A DNA stretch of 64,000 nucleotides from Octopus sinensis. Lineage: Eukaryota. The notes below the pieces were generated by a model that searched no databases, had not been told where the DNA came from, and saw only the letters and a program-made list of their open reading frames with translations. Made by a program: the position numbers and the translations under genes. Numbering within the stretch: the stretch's first letter is position 1; every line of letters starts with the position of its first letter. Positions 12,671 to 24,424 of the stretch are shown here, in pieces. The stretch lies in contig NC_042997.1 in NCBI RefSeq assembly GCF_006345805.1, forward strand, positions 62,744,001 through 62,808,000, written 5' to 3'.

Positions 12671-12899
12671 GGCATGTCCATGTCTATATATTTAGAAAGT
12701 TTTTCAAAATCGTTTCGTAATATGTTGTGTGAATATCAAGTAGTTAACTTTGACTCTTTCATCTGTGTGTATTTGCGTATCCTAGAAAATCACATCAGAC
12801 TCATTATTCAAGAAAATACTAAAGGAAAACATTTTCCAGAACTGACTCCGTTGGCATGCCTAAGTCATTTTTGTTTTTCATAAGCCCCCATTACTTTAA

Positions 12900-13118
12900 C
12901 CCTGTAGCATTTAAACCGGTTATATTCAGGCCAAATATTCTACCTGTTTTATATACAAACCAGCCAGATTCAGTGTCTCATACCTAACTTACAATGCCAT
13001 TCTAAAACTGAACAATCAAATAGTTGAAATCTCGTAGCTACGAGATTATGCATGATTAATTCAAACAATGTGGTCAAATAAGCATTACATTTGACAGAGT
13101 AATCTGAATGCAGAAGGG
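12900..13118. mobile_element. piggyBac-type MITE (219 bp)
   Basis: TTAA|CCCTGTAGCATT ... AATGCAGAAGGG|TTAA: TTAA target duplication and CCC/GGG termini. Confidence 0.8.
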
Positions 13119-13230
13119 TTAAAATATTTTCAGCGTAAATAAGAATCCACAGCGTTATATCTCAAGACATATTTTGTAGTGGTCATCAGATAGAACGTGA
13201 GCAATGTTCTCATCATATTGACAGCACATA

Positions 13231-14520
13231 CGAGGGGGTATCCAAAAGTTACCGGAGACGTCCTCAGTGAGACAAGCCCTTTGTAGTTCAGGATTCCACC
13301 GCTAGAAGCTACTTACTGCAACCCTCAGGCATCAGTCTGCTCACCGGCGTTGTCGAGTGAAGTCCTACTGCCAGGTGTTGCGTTTTTATTTTGAAGTGCT
13401 TCTCTCCTGTTCGTCGGTTTTTGCAATGGCTGAAACGAAGGAACATCGTGCTTCCGTGAAATTCTGGGGAAAACGGCGGCCGAAACAGTTGCCATGCTTC
13501 AAATAGCTTACAAGGATGCTGCTATGAGGAAAACACAAGTTTACGAGTTGTTTTCACGCTCTAGGAATAGTCACTTGTCGTTTAAAGACCCACCTCGTTC
13601 AGGGTGACCATCGACCTCCCGAACGAATGAAAACATCACGAAAATTCATGAACTGATCTTAGAGGACCGTCGGCGAACAATTGACGAACTTGTTGATATA
13701 ACTGGCGTATCCTAGAATTCCTGCCAACGAATTTTGAGCGAGGCTTTGAAGAGATGTAGCAAAATTTGTGCCTCGCTTGCTCGGGGAATATCTAAAGCAG
13801 TCACGACTTCATGCGTGTCCTGAATTGAAAGAGCTGTTAGAAGTTGATCCGAACCTTTCTTCGAAGGTCATCACTGGTGATGAAAGCTGATGCTTACGGG
13901 TACGACCTGGAAACAAAGCAGTAGTCAAGTCGATGGAAGCATTCAATGTCACCACGTCCCTACAAAATCGCGTCAAGTGAAGTCCAATGTGAAGACAATG
14001 CTTATTTGTTTCATCGATGTGAAAAGTATTGTACACAGAATTTGTTCCTCCTGGTCAATCTGTTTACCAGACATTTTGCTTGGCAGATCTGAAGCGTTTG
14101 CGAGATGCGATGAGACGAAAACGTCCCAAGCATTGACAAACTCGAGAGTGGTGGCTTTATCACGACAATGCGCCCGCGCACACCGCCTTCAGTGTGAAAC
14201 AGTTCTTGCCAAAAATGGCATGCCCCCACTTACCCACCCTCCCTAATCGCCCGATCTCCCTCCCTGCGACGTTTTTCTGGTCCCCCGAATGAAAATAGTC
14301 CTTAAAGGAAAACGTTTGAAGGTGTGGAAAAGGTGAAGAAAAAACGAAGGAGGCGTTAAAAGGCATCACTCCGCCAGATTTCCAGGACTGCTTCGAACAG
14401 TGAAACAAGCGTCTGGACTGAGTCGTTGCTTCAAACGGAGAATACTGTGAAGGCGACAAAAGTGTAAACATGTAAAGCTAAGTGAATAAAATAATTACAC
14501 AATTCAGTTTCGTATTTTGT
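13231..14520 (+). mobile_element. Mariner (irritans-like) element with pseudogenised transposase
   Basis: 5' TIR TA|CGAGGGGGTATCCAAAAG. ATG at 13426 gives MAETKEHRASVKF..GKTAAETVAML; later ITGDES*CYGYDLETKQ and HPP*SPDLPPCDVFL. Right TIR not recognisable. Confidence 0.88.
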
Positions 14521-14664
14521 TTTACTTGAGTAAGAATTATTAAACCTTATGTTTCTCATTTAGTTGAAATATTTTAAGCCAGATGTAGTTGTATGGTTTG
14601 TCGCAACTGGATTTATTCAGTCGTTTGGGGAATCGTCAACGAAGGACTTTTCCTTGCTATCGTT

Positions 14665-15058
14665 TATCTTTCACTTGTTTCAGTCATTGGATTTCAGCCA
14701 TTCTGGGGCACCGCCTTGAAGGGTTTGCTCGAACAAATCACTCCAAGTACTTATTTTTTTGAAGTCTAGTACTTATTCCATCAGTCCCTTTTGCCGAAAC
14801 GCTAAGTTACGAGGATGTAAACAACCTAACATTGGTTGTAAAGCGGTAGGGGAGTGTACAAATACAACATAAATACCAGCACATACGTATCTATATACAT
14901 GTGATAGACTTAACTCAGTTTCTGTATATCATATCTACTCACAAGGCTTTGGTCAGTCTGGGACTATAGTAAAAAACCATTAACTAAGGTGCCGCGCAGT
15001 GGGAATGAACCTAAGACCATGTACTTGGAAAGCAAGCTTCTTAACCACACTGCCACAC
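14665..15058 (-). mobile_element. CORE-type tRNA SINE (family B)
   Basis: Reverse complement of the family B structure: tRNA-like head, ggcaccttgggcaag core, internal microsatellite, gactgaaacaag tail. Confidence 0.8.
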
Positions 15059-15159
15059 CAACGCCCATCTTACGCTTCTTTTCACAACTGCATCATGTTT
15101 TACTTCTTTACTTGGTTCTTTTACTTTCATTGTCATATTTGTTATATTTCTTTTTATCT

Positions 15160-15540
15160 CTTCATTTCTTTACTTGCTTCAGTTGTTAGACTGCAGCCAT
15201 GCTGGGACACTGCCTTGAGGAATTTAAGTCGAGCTAATCGACCGCATTACATTCTTTTTAAACCTGAGACTTATTTTTGCCGATGCGCTATGTTATGGGG
15301 ACGTAAACACACTAACACCAGTTGTCAAACGGCGGTAAGACACACACACACATACACAGATACACACACACACACACACACACACACGCACGACAGATTT
15401 CTTTCGGTTTCTGTCTACCAAATTCACTCACAACGTTTTGGTTGACCCGTGGCTATAGTACAAGACACTTGCCCAAGGTGCCACGCTATGGGACTGAACC
15501 CAGAACCATGTGGTTGGGAAGCAAACTAATCACCACACAT
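15160..15540 (-). mobile_element. CORE-type tRNA SINE (family B)
   Basis: caagacacttgcccaaggtgccacgc..gggactgaacccagaaccatgtggttgggaagc. Confidence 0.85.
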
Positions 15541-16329
15541 ATTTGATCTGTATATGTATTTAGTGGTAAGTATGCTTAGTTTTTGAAGATTGCGTAGAGT
15601 GCATATGTCTCATAAACGTTTCTGTTACAGTTTGGTTTCTTGCGCTTTGTAAATGTTTGTTGTAAGATATCTGGTGCTTTTTTTCTCACCGGTGGTGCGT
15701 GTTCTGTCTAAATATAAACTACAGAGACCTTTTTTTTAATTGTACAAGGCCTCTTCTGCTCTGTCTAGAGATATACAAGCACTGCGTGTCAGCGATTAGA
15801 TGATATTGTCTGAATTTTGTTAATTTTTGGTTTAGCTTTCTTTTTTTAGATCTCTTACAATTACATTTTGTCTCACTGAAGACATTGCCTACACTGAAGA
15901 CATTGCCTTTCGTGCTGTGTATTTATGGCATCTATTTTACTCTTTGCAGTAGGTGTCCTCCTTTAGAATCCTTCTAATCCGTTAGAATAATTCCATTTGG
16001 ATAAACTTTTTATCAGATATTGTGTCTGTTCACCTTTACTGATTTCGGATACTGATTTAGTTTTCTGCTTCTAATTCTTTATTGCATGATTGGTTTCATT
16101 GTAAATGTTTACTGACTTAACCAGTTCAGCCTCATTAAGAATAGGCTTGATATTATTGTCAATCTCCAATCACATTCTTTTCCTGAAGTGAATCGTTGTT
16201 CTACCCTATATACAAACTGTCAAATAACAGAGGCGTGTCTTATATTATTAAAAGATGTGTGTGTGTGTGTGTAGCATCTTTCATTCCAAGATTTGGTATT
16301 TTGTCAATGCTGGACGACTTTCGGTTGAA

Positions 16330-16346
16330 TTTTCTTCGTGTGGTTT

Positions 16347-16389
<43 letters not shown>

Positions 16390-16570
16390 AGCCACTACAC
16401 ACATTATTTTCTCTCCTTCTTTTTTCTGTGTCCCTTTCTGTGGTAGAGCGTAGGCTCGAAGCGTAAAATACTTTTTCTATTCCTGTGCGTTATACTAATA
16501 CATCTGTTTGTTTTGTACACTACCTGTCTTCGTCTTTTGTCTTTTTCGTGAACTCTCCCCCTATATACAT
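16330..16570 (+). repeat. (TA)n-associated repeat with decayed minimal hammerhead (same family as 20150-20330)
   Basis: ctttctgtggtagagcgtaggctcgaagcgtaaaa plus shared cacctgtcttcgtcttttgt tail. Confidence 0.6.
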
Positions 16571-16577
16571 AGATTTG

Positions 16578-16767
16578 GCTTGAAACTTTGACACAAGGCC
16601 AGCAATTTCGGGGGGAGGAGATAAACTGATTACATCGATCCCAGTGTTTAGCTGGTACTGAAAGGAAAAGTCAATCTTGGTGGAATTTGAACTCAGAACG
16701 TAAAGACAAACGAAATGTATCCAAGCATTTTGCCCGGCGTGCGAACGATTCTGCCTGCTCGCCGCCC
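16578..16767 (-). mobile_element. tRNA SINE family A
   Basis: ggaatttgaactcagaacgtaaagac..gcattttgcccggcgtgc..ctcgccgcc. Confidence 0.85.
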
Positions 16768-16829
16768 TGGTTTCTTATATATATTAATCAGACATAATCA
16801 TTAGATAAATTCTGTTATAGTTACAGGGC

Positions 16830-17960
16830 TCAATGTTTCATTGTTTTTTCCTGTGGAACATTTTCAAACATTCTATGTCAGACCTAAGTTGCTTAATTTG
16901 GTGTTGAATACGCTCTTGCCAAAAAGGCTTTTTGTGGGAATGTTGTCGTTTTCTAATCTTTTCACCACATAGAATCGTTGAAATTTTTGCGGATGCATAG
17001 TACAGGTGGTTGAGCTCTGTAATATTAACATCATTAGCTGAAATTATATCTTTAAGTGCCAGGCAGATTTTATCAATTATTTTCAGGTTTTGGTTAGAAT
17101 TGCAAATTTTTGTGAGAGTATCGCGTTCATTCATGCTGGTTTCTTTAATTTTCAGCCATTCAATCATGATTTGATTTTTTTAGATCATGTAGCTCTGTTG
17201 GGTCAATTTCCGTTTGACTTTCTTCATCTATCTGATTTTCATCTTCCTTAGTGTTTATAGTTGGTTCAGAGAGTTTTCACTTTGCTTATTAGTTATATTA
17301 ACCCTTTCAGTCATTACTGCATTTTTATCAGCCTTGGGCTGGCCTATAATTATTTCGTCTGTAGTATCTTCTTTAGCTGGAGCTTCGTTCTTTTTATCCC
17401 TTACTGCTTGTATAATTTGGTCAATCTCTACTTCAGTTAGTAAATTTTTTTCATAATGTTTCTTCTGACGTTGGCAAGTTTGTTACTTCCTTTGTAGGGT
17501 TTACTTCAAGGTGTTTCTGTCTCCAGTTTAAGTAGGTTTGTACAGTATTTATTTGTGGGAAAATATATGGCATGGTAGAAGGCCGTAAGAACTTCTTTAT
17601 TATCTTCCCTAGACCATTTCTAATTCTTTTTCATTTGGTTGCTTGATGACGAGCATGGATGGCCATCTATTTTAATATTCCGGTTGTGGGGTACTTCCGA
17701 CTCCTGTGTGTCGGGGAGATTTGAACCAGTAGCTGATTTCTCGTTTCGAATCTGGTTCCTCATTCGAGTACGTGGTCTTTTGTAATCCAGTCGATGACCA
17801 TTCCGGTTTGTATTTTGCTTTATAACAGTGAGGCATGATGAGCTTCGACGTTGACATTAGGGGACAGATTTGTCTGTTTAGGGTTAAGTTTTTGAGACAA
17901 CACTGTCACCAAGTTCTCAGAATGTAAACATTGCTCGTACCGTAGCTTCTTAAGACTAAC
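16830..17960 (-). mobile_element. R4/Dong-type non-LTR retrotransposon, 5' part only
   Basis: Minus translation KWSREDNKEVLTAFY, NKLANVRR, LLTEVEIDQI, ITELNHLYYASA and KPFWQERIQHQIKQLRSDIECL matches N-terminal motifs of R4/Dong ORFs. No RT domain follows. Confidence 0.75.
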
Positions 17961-18524
17961 AGATCTGTATTCGTCTGTATTTTTTGTTGATAGGTTTATC
18001 TCCGAGCATAGTTTTTGTGGTGTTTTTAAACTAATGAATGTTTCACTCCGTCGGTGTTAGTTCGAAAAAAAAAAGTTTTGTTTTTGGTTTTTGCTTCGTT
18101 TGAGACACGTGTTTTCATATGCTTGAATGTGTGTCCTGTAAATTTCACGTAGTTGTGTAAACATTGGGATGTATGTGTAGTCCTATGGGTATCAAAATGT
18201 ATATATGATTGTGTAGAAATTCGAGTGTGTGCGTAATTACTCAATTTATGTACTTACAGTTTTGTTCTATTTCTATTTTATAATTTGTAAACTTTCCGCT
18301 GTTGACTTCGTGTGTGTGTTTCGTACGTTTCACTGAGACATCGTGCATAGGAGAAACTGTGCTTTGTATGGCAGTAAAATTTCGTTTTTTTTAGCATTTT
18401 CGTTAAAAGACCGCTTCCTCCAAAGGTTCCTTTATCTAATTCCATCGATGTTATTGGATTAGATTTGTTTTTGAATGGGGAGCCCGGTGTAGCACTTCCA
18501 TGTTGTTATTCAGCGCAGGGCTGC

Positions 18525-19050
<526 letters not shown>

Positions 19051-19051
19051 A

Positions 19052-19243
19052 TGGCAGAATCGTTAGCACGTGGGGCAAAATGCTTAGTAGTATTTCATCC
19101 GTCCTTACAATAGAAATTTTGATGAGGTCAACTTTGCCTTTCATCCCTTCGTGGTCGATAAAATATATACCAGTTGATTACTGGGGTAGATGTAATCGAC
19201 TTATCCTCCTCACCCAAATTTGCTGGCCTTGTGCCAAAATTTT
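19052..19243 (+). mobile_element. tRNA SINE family A
   Basis: tggcagaatcgttagcacg..gaggtcaactttgcctttcatcc..gtcgataaaa. Confidence 0.8.
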
Positions 19244-19308
19244 ATCATCATCAACATCCTCATCCTCATCACCATCACCATCACTATCACCATCATCTTC
19301 GTCATCAC

Positions 19309-19341
<33 letters not shown>

Positions 19342-20236
19342 TATTATTAATATCATTTGAGTCGATTAAGGTGTCTGGCAAATACAAGCAGTGAAATCTA
19401 CCTGCACAACCCTTCACATATACAAATACCAAAGCAACAGACAATCAGTTAAGACGTACACACACGCTCCTCACATGTTCTATATTTGTCCTAACAGAGA
19501 TACCATCTATCAAACCGCTAAATTTAGGAACTGACAAAAGATAATCTATTCTCTCCCTCACTCGATCATAAACGCTGCAGCAAAAAATCTGGCCATATCC
19601 CTAGAGGATGCAATAAAATGAACTGAAACGTTTTCAAATAACCTTAGATTATTTCTATTCTCCTTCAAGCATTGACCTTCCTATGCGCGCGCGCGCACAC
19701 ACACACACATACACGCACGCATACACACATACACACAGACTCACACAGACACAGAGTAACACAACAGACGCCCACCCATGCACGGACACCCAGCCCACAT
19801 ACAATGCAGTCCTTAACTATCAGATTTACGCACCTCCACACAGATGTACAAACAAAAGTACACAGACAAACATATACACGCACAAATTCTATACATGCAC
19901 ATTACACGTACACATAGTTTCACCAAAACACCCATTACCAAATATTAGGCTTAGGGACCAACTGAGAGTCATTTAGTCTATCTCGACATTGCCTTTCAAA
20001 CTTCTCACATGGCTGCAACTTCACGGTAAAAGAAACTACACGATGATATGTATAACTGTCATCGTTTGTCACACACATACATGCATTTATATATATACAC
20101 ATATACATACACACACACGAGCACGCACAGAAGTATATGGAGTTCAAATTTACAGAAAACAAAAGACGAAGACAGGTGTAGGGACACCAAGAACAAGCAG
20201 GTTTATTAGTTTGACGCTCGGGACGAATGGAAAAGT

Positions 20237-20272
20237 CTTTTACGTTTCGAGCCTACGCTCTTCGACAGAAAG
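20237..20272 (-). ncRNA. Minimal (dimer-type) hammerhead-like motif with one core substitution
   Basis: Minus strand: CTTT CTGTCGA A GAGC-gtag-GCTC GAAA CGTA AAAG; palindromic ACGT at helix III; A6 is replaced by T. Confidence 0.5.
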
Positions 20273-20752
20273 GATGTAGGGGGTAAAAAAAGAAAACGGA
20301 GAGAGAAAAAATGGGCAGTGTTCAACAGTCGAACATGACGAGATGATAGGAAAAAAGAGGCTGAATGAACGGGAGATAATAATAATAATAATAATAACAA
20401 CGTTAACGGTGACCCCATCGAACTAAGGTGCGCAAGCGCGTGCGTGTATATGAGGATGGTGTGTGTGAGTGAGTATGTGTGAATGGGGGCGAGTGTGTGG
20501 GCGAGTGTGTGTGCATATAGACGTGTGTATATGTATGAGGCTAACGTGTATGTGTGCATGTGTGTGTTGTGTGTAGCAGTTGATGTGTGCTTGTTCAGGC
20601 ATTGGGTGCACGTGTGTATGTGTGTGTGTGTCTGTCTGTAAGCAAATAGTGTGCATGTGTATAGTGTATGTTTGTGGGCGAAAGTTATCTATATCTATGC
20701 GTGTTGCATAAAATTTGAAACCCTTATATATATTTATATATATATATATATA

Positions 20753-21250
20753 ATAGCAGTATCGCCCGGCGTTGCTCAGGTTTGTAAGGGAAATAACTAT
20801 ATAAGCATTTTTAGAGAGTTACTTCCCTTATAGATGCCAATTCGGGGCTTTCTTAGCCATTTCTGGTTTGGTGTCTTCAAGCCATGAAGTCGTTGTTCTA
20901 AAACAACGCTGGTCTCCTTGATAACGCATTACGACGTTGATTTCTTTACACTCCCTTCCCCACAGCTTCACGAGGGAGGGAAGAAGGGGGAGAAGCAAAC
21001 AGGTGCAGGTGTGACCATGGACGCCAACTCCGCCGCCATCGACACACGAAAAATTATGCATTAAAATGGAATAAAAAATGATGTTAAATTATTTTTAAAA
21101 TCGTAGACTCATCGTAGACGCGCGTTAATACTCAGACGGGCTCGATATGAATCACGACTATAAGATACCCGAATTGGTTAAACTGCACCGCAAAATGTGG
21201 GAGTAGTTAGGAATCTAAATCGAAGGGGACAGACACTCACACAACTAGAG

Positions 21251-21300
<50 letters not shown>
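20753..21300 (-). mobile_element. Non-autonomous Helitron, tandem copy A
   Basis: Minus 3' end ..gagcaacgccgggcgatactgcTAT(T) is a mutated CTAG with an upstream hairpin; the 5' end is (TA)n-aaaactctagttgtgtgagtgtctgtc. Confidence 0.75.
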
Positions 21301-21305
<5 letters not shown>

Positions 21306-21306
<1 letters not shown>

Positions 21307-21852
21307 TAGCAGTATCGCCCGGCGTTGCTCGGGTTTGTAAGGGAAATAACTATATAAGCATTTTTAGAGAGTTATAGCAAAAAAATGCATTAAAAATGGA
21401 ATAAAAAATGATGATAATTTTTTTTTAAATCGTTGACTCAGTGTCTTCAAGCCATGAAGTCGTTGTTCTAAAACAACGCTGGTCTCCTTGACAACGCATT
21501 ACGACGTTGATTTCTTTACACTCCCTTCCCCACAGCTTCACGAAGGAGGGAAGAAGGGGGAGAAGCAAACACAGGTGCAGGTGTTTGAGCGTGGACGCCA
21601 ACTCCGCCGCCATCGACACACGAAAAATTATGCATTAAAATGGAATAAAAAAATGATGTTAAATTATTTTTAAAATCGTAGACTCATCGTAGACGCGCGC
21701 TAATAGCCAGACGGGCTCGATATTAATCACGACTATAAGATACCCGAATTTGGTTAAACTGCACCGCAAAATGTGGGAGGAGTTAGGAATCTAAATCGAA
21801 GGGGACAGACACTCACACAACTACAGTTTTATATATATATATATATAATAGA
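21306..21852 (-). mobile_element. Non-autonomous Helitron, tandem copy B
   Basis: CTAG at 21306-21309 with hairpin cccgagcaacgccggg on the minus strand; body closely similar to copy A. Confidence 0.8.
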
Positions 21853-21905
21853 AATATTAAAATTACTAAGTCTCTCTAAAGGAGATTACGGCAGCGTTAC
21901 TGGAA

Positions 21906-22328
21906 ATTAATAGTTATTGCCATACTTATATGGCAGTCTTATAAATATAAGACTAAAGCTGTCACTGATTAGCTCCATGAGGTCACCGCCTCAAGCTAGC
22001 TATTTGACACACAATCTGCGTCCATTATAAACCTTCGAACAGGGAAGGTCAACCGCTTCATCCTGCCAGTCAGAACAGGGACAGTCAGTAGCGACACCTA
22101 CTGGGTCTGACTACGCTGCATTGATAAAGGGCAAATACCCTGAAACATGTCTGTAGCTGTCTGACTAGCAGGATGAAGCGGCTGATCTCCCCTGTTCGAA
22201 GGTTTATAATGGATGCAGATTGTGTGTCAAATAGCTAGCTTGAGGCGGTGGCCTCATGGAGCTAATCAGCGACAGCTTTAGTCTTATATTTATAAGACTG
22301 CCATATAAGTATGGCGATAACTATTAAT
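21906..22328. repeat. Fold-back element: ~172-bp arms (21906-22078 and 22157-22328) around a ~78-bp loop
   Basis: The arms are near-perfect reverse complements with roughly ten differences by eye. Confidence 0.92.
22115..22157 (+). ncRNA. Decayed minimal hammerhead in the loop of the fold-back element
   Basis: GCTGCA TTGATAA AGGG-caaata-CCCT GAAA CATGTC TGTAGC: helix I 6 bp, helix II 4 bp, palindrome ACATGT, GTC triplet. The core has two transitions relative to CTGATGA. Confidence 0.55.
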
Positions 22329-22351
22329 ATATATGTATATATATATAATGG

Positions 22352-22552
22352 TTTCAAATTTTGACACAAGGCCAGCATTCTTGTGGGAGAGGGTAAGTCG
22401 TTTACATTGACCCTAGTGCTCATTTATTTTATCGACACAAGAAACGACGAAAGGCAAATTCGACCTCGGTAGTATTTGAGCTCAGAATGTGAAGACAGAC
22501 GAAATGCAGCTGAGTATTTTGCTTGTCGTGCTAACGATTCTGCCAGCTCACC
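22352..22552 (-). mobile_element. tRNA SINE family A
   Basis: gaaaggcaaattcgacctcgg..gagctcagaatg..gctaacgattctgccagctc. Confidence 0.8.
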
Positions 22553-22703
22553 TAGTCCGAGCACCGAAGTTAAGCAATGTCGAGCCTAGTGAGTACTTAG
22601 ATGGGTGACCTCTTGGGAAACCTAGTGCTGTAAGCATCTCACACTTAAAGGCGGCGCTCCAGCATAGCCGCAGTCAAATGACTGAAACAAATAAAAGATA
22701 AAA

Positions 22704-22705
<2 letters not shown>
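22552..22705 (+). mobile_element. 5S rRNA-derived head fused to the SINE/LINE-type tail (SINE3-like chimera)
   Basis: 22552-22637 matches the 3' ~85 nt of metazoan 5S rRNA (GTCCGAnCACCGAAGTTAAGCAA..GTCGAGCC..AGTACTT.GATGGGTGACC..TGGGAA..GTGCTGTA), with box A and box C present. It is followed by ttaaaggcggcgctccagcat..gactgaaacaa, the family B SINE tail. Confidence 0.75.
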
Positions 22706-22776
<71 letters not shown>

Positions 22777-22838
22777 GTATATTATATATATAAATAAATC
22801 TATATATATATATATATGTGGTTGTATTTAGGAATTAC

Positions 22839-22880
22839 CATTTTGCCAGTTTAGCCAATATTGGCTAAACTGGCAAAATG
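22839..22880. repeat. Perfect 42-bp palindrome with imperfect extension
   Basis: CATTTTGCCAGTTTAGCCAAT|ATTGGCTAAACTGGCAAAATG. Confidence 0.95.
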
Positions 22881-22956
22881 ACCATTCCTAAATATAACAA
22901 CATCCGTGTCAACACACGATTTCACATCAAGAATCTGTCAAACAAATATATAAACG

Positions 22957-23012
<56 letters not shown>

Positions 23013-23479
23013 CTATATACATATATTATATGTAAAATCTATACCACATGCATATATATATATTTACATATATATTTATGCAAAACGTATTCATGTATAT
23101 ATATATAGGCATATATATATATACACACACATAAATACCTAAATACACACGCACGAACACCTACGCACGCGCGCACACACGCCGCTACACATACTCACAC
23201 ACACAAACAGCGTCCTTCTAGTCACACTGTTAAGTCTGCACCTAGTGTATTTACGAATTAATGAGTGTGTCATTGAAAATGACACAGAAATAAATGCCTT
23301 TTTTCCTAACTTTTCTTTGATGTAATATTTAACTCATGCTGTTTATGATAATTTATTTACAAGCTTCTTGTAAAGGTTTCTTTTTCGTGTCATATAGATA
23401 CTCTTTTCTTTTTATTGTTTTTATGTTTGCTTTCTTTTCATGTTCAAAATATGAGGTATTTAAAATATCTTTCTATTAT

Positions 23480-23900
23480 AGGCAAAAGGCCTGAAATTTT
23501 TGTGAGAGGGAGTATATATCAATTGGGAGACATATATACATCGATTCCAGTACTCGACTGATACTTATATTATCGACTCTGAAAAGTATGGAAGGTAAGT
23601 CGATCACAACGAAATTTGAACTCAGAATGTAAAGACGGACGAAACGTCGACAAGCATTTTGACCGGCGTTCTATCGATTCTTTTCTACTCTAGGCACAAG
23701 ACCCGAAATTTTTGGGGAGGTGGCTAGTCGATTAGATCGACCCCAGTACGCAACTGGTTCTTAATTTATGAAAGGCAAATTTATGAAAGGATAAAAGGCA
23801 AAGTTGACCTCGGCGGAATTTGAACTCAGAACGCAAAGACAGACGAAATACTGCTAAGCATTTTGCCCGGCGTGCTAATGTTTCTGCCAGCTCGCCGCCT
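23480..23900 (-). mobile_element. Two tandem tRNA SINE family A copies (23480-23687, 23688-23900)
   Basis: Two successive gaatttgaactcagaa..gcattttg(a/c)ccggcgt blocks. Confidence 0.8.
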
Positions 23901-23965
23901 GAACATTAAAATATCAGGAGGTAAAGGGAATGCTTTACTTTAGGATATGGCGTATCTTTGACCTT

Positions 23966-24213
23966 TTATCCATTACTTGTTCTTGCCATTAGACTGCGGC
24001 ATGCTGGGGCACCACCATGAAGACTTTTTAGTCGAATGAATAGACTCTAGCTTTTTTAGTAAGCGTGCTACTTATTCTATCAGTCTCCTTCGCTGAACTG
24101 CTAAGTTACGGGGACGTAAGCATACCGACACAGATTGTCAATCGGAGTTGGGGGGAAAACTGATGCAAAGATACACACGCATGGTAGACGGAAATTGGAA
24201 GAGGCCCATCGTA

Positions 24214-24247
<34 letters not shown>

Positions 24248-24424
24248 TATATATATATACACGACGGGCTTCTTCCAGTTTCCGTCTACCAAATCCACTC
24301 ACAAGGCTTTGGTCAGCCTGAGGCTATAGTAGAAGACACTTGCCCAAGATATCCCGCAGTGGTACTGATCCCGGAATCATGTGGTTAGGAAGCAAGCTTC
24401 CTATCATGCAGCCACGCATGCGCC
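23966..24424 (-). mobile_element. CORE-type tRNA SINE (family B), full length
   Basis: Tail, internal (TA)n, ccagtttccgtctaccaaatccactcacaaggc and head ggaagcaagcttc..gcagccacgc. Confidence 0.88.

Noticed and set aside
22552-22637. Functional 5S rRNA gene
   Set aside because: The 5' third is missing, there are several substitutions, there is no T-run terminator, and it is fused to a SINE tail.
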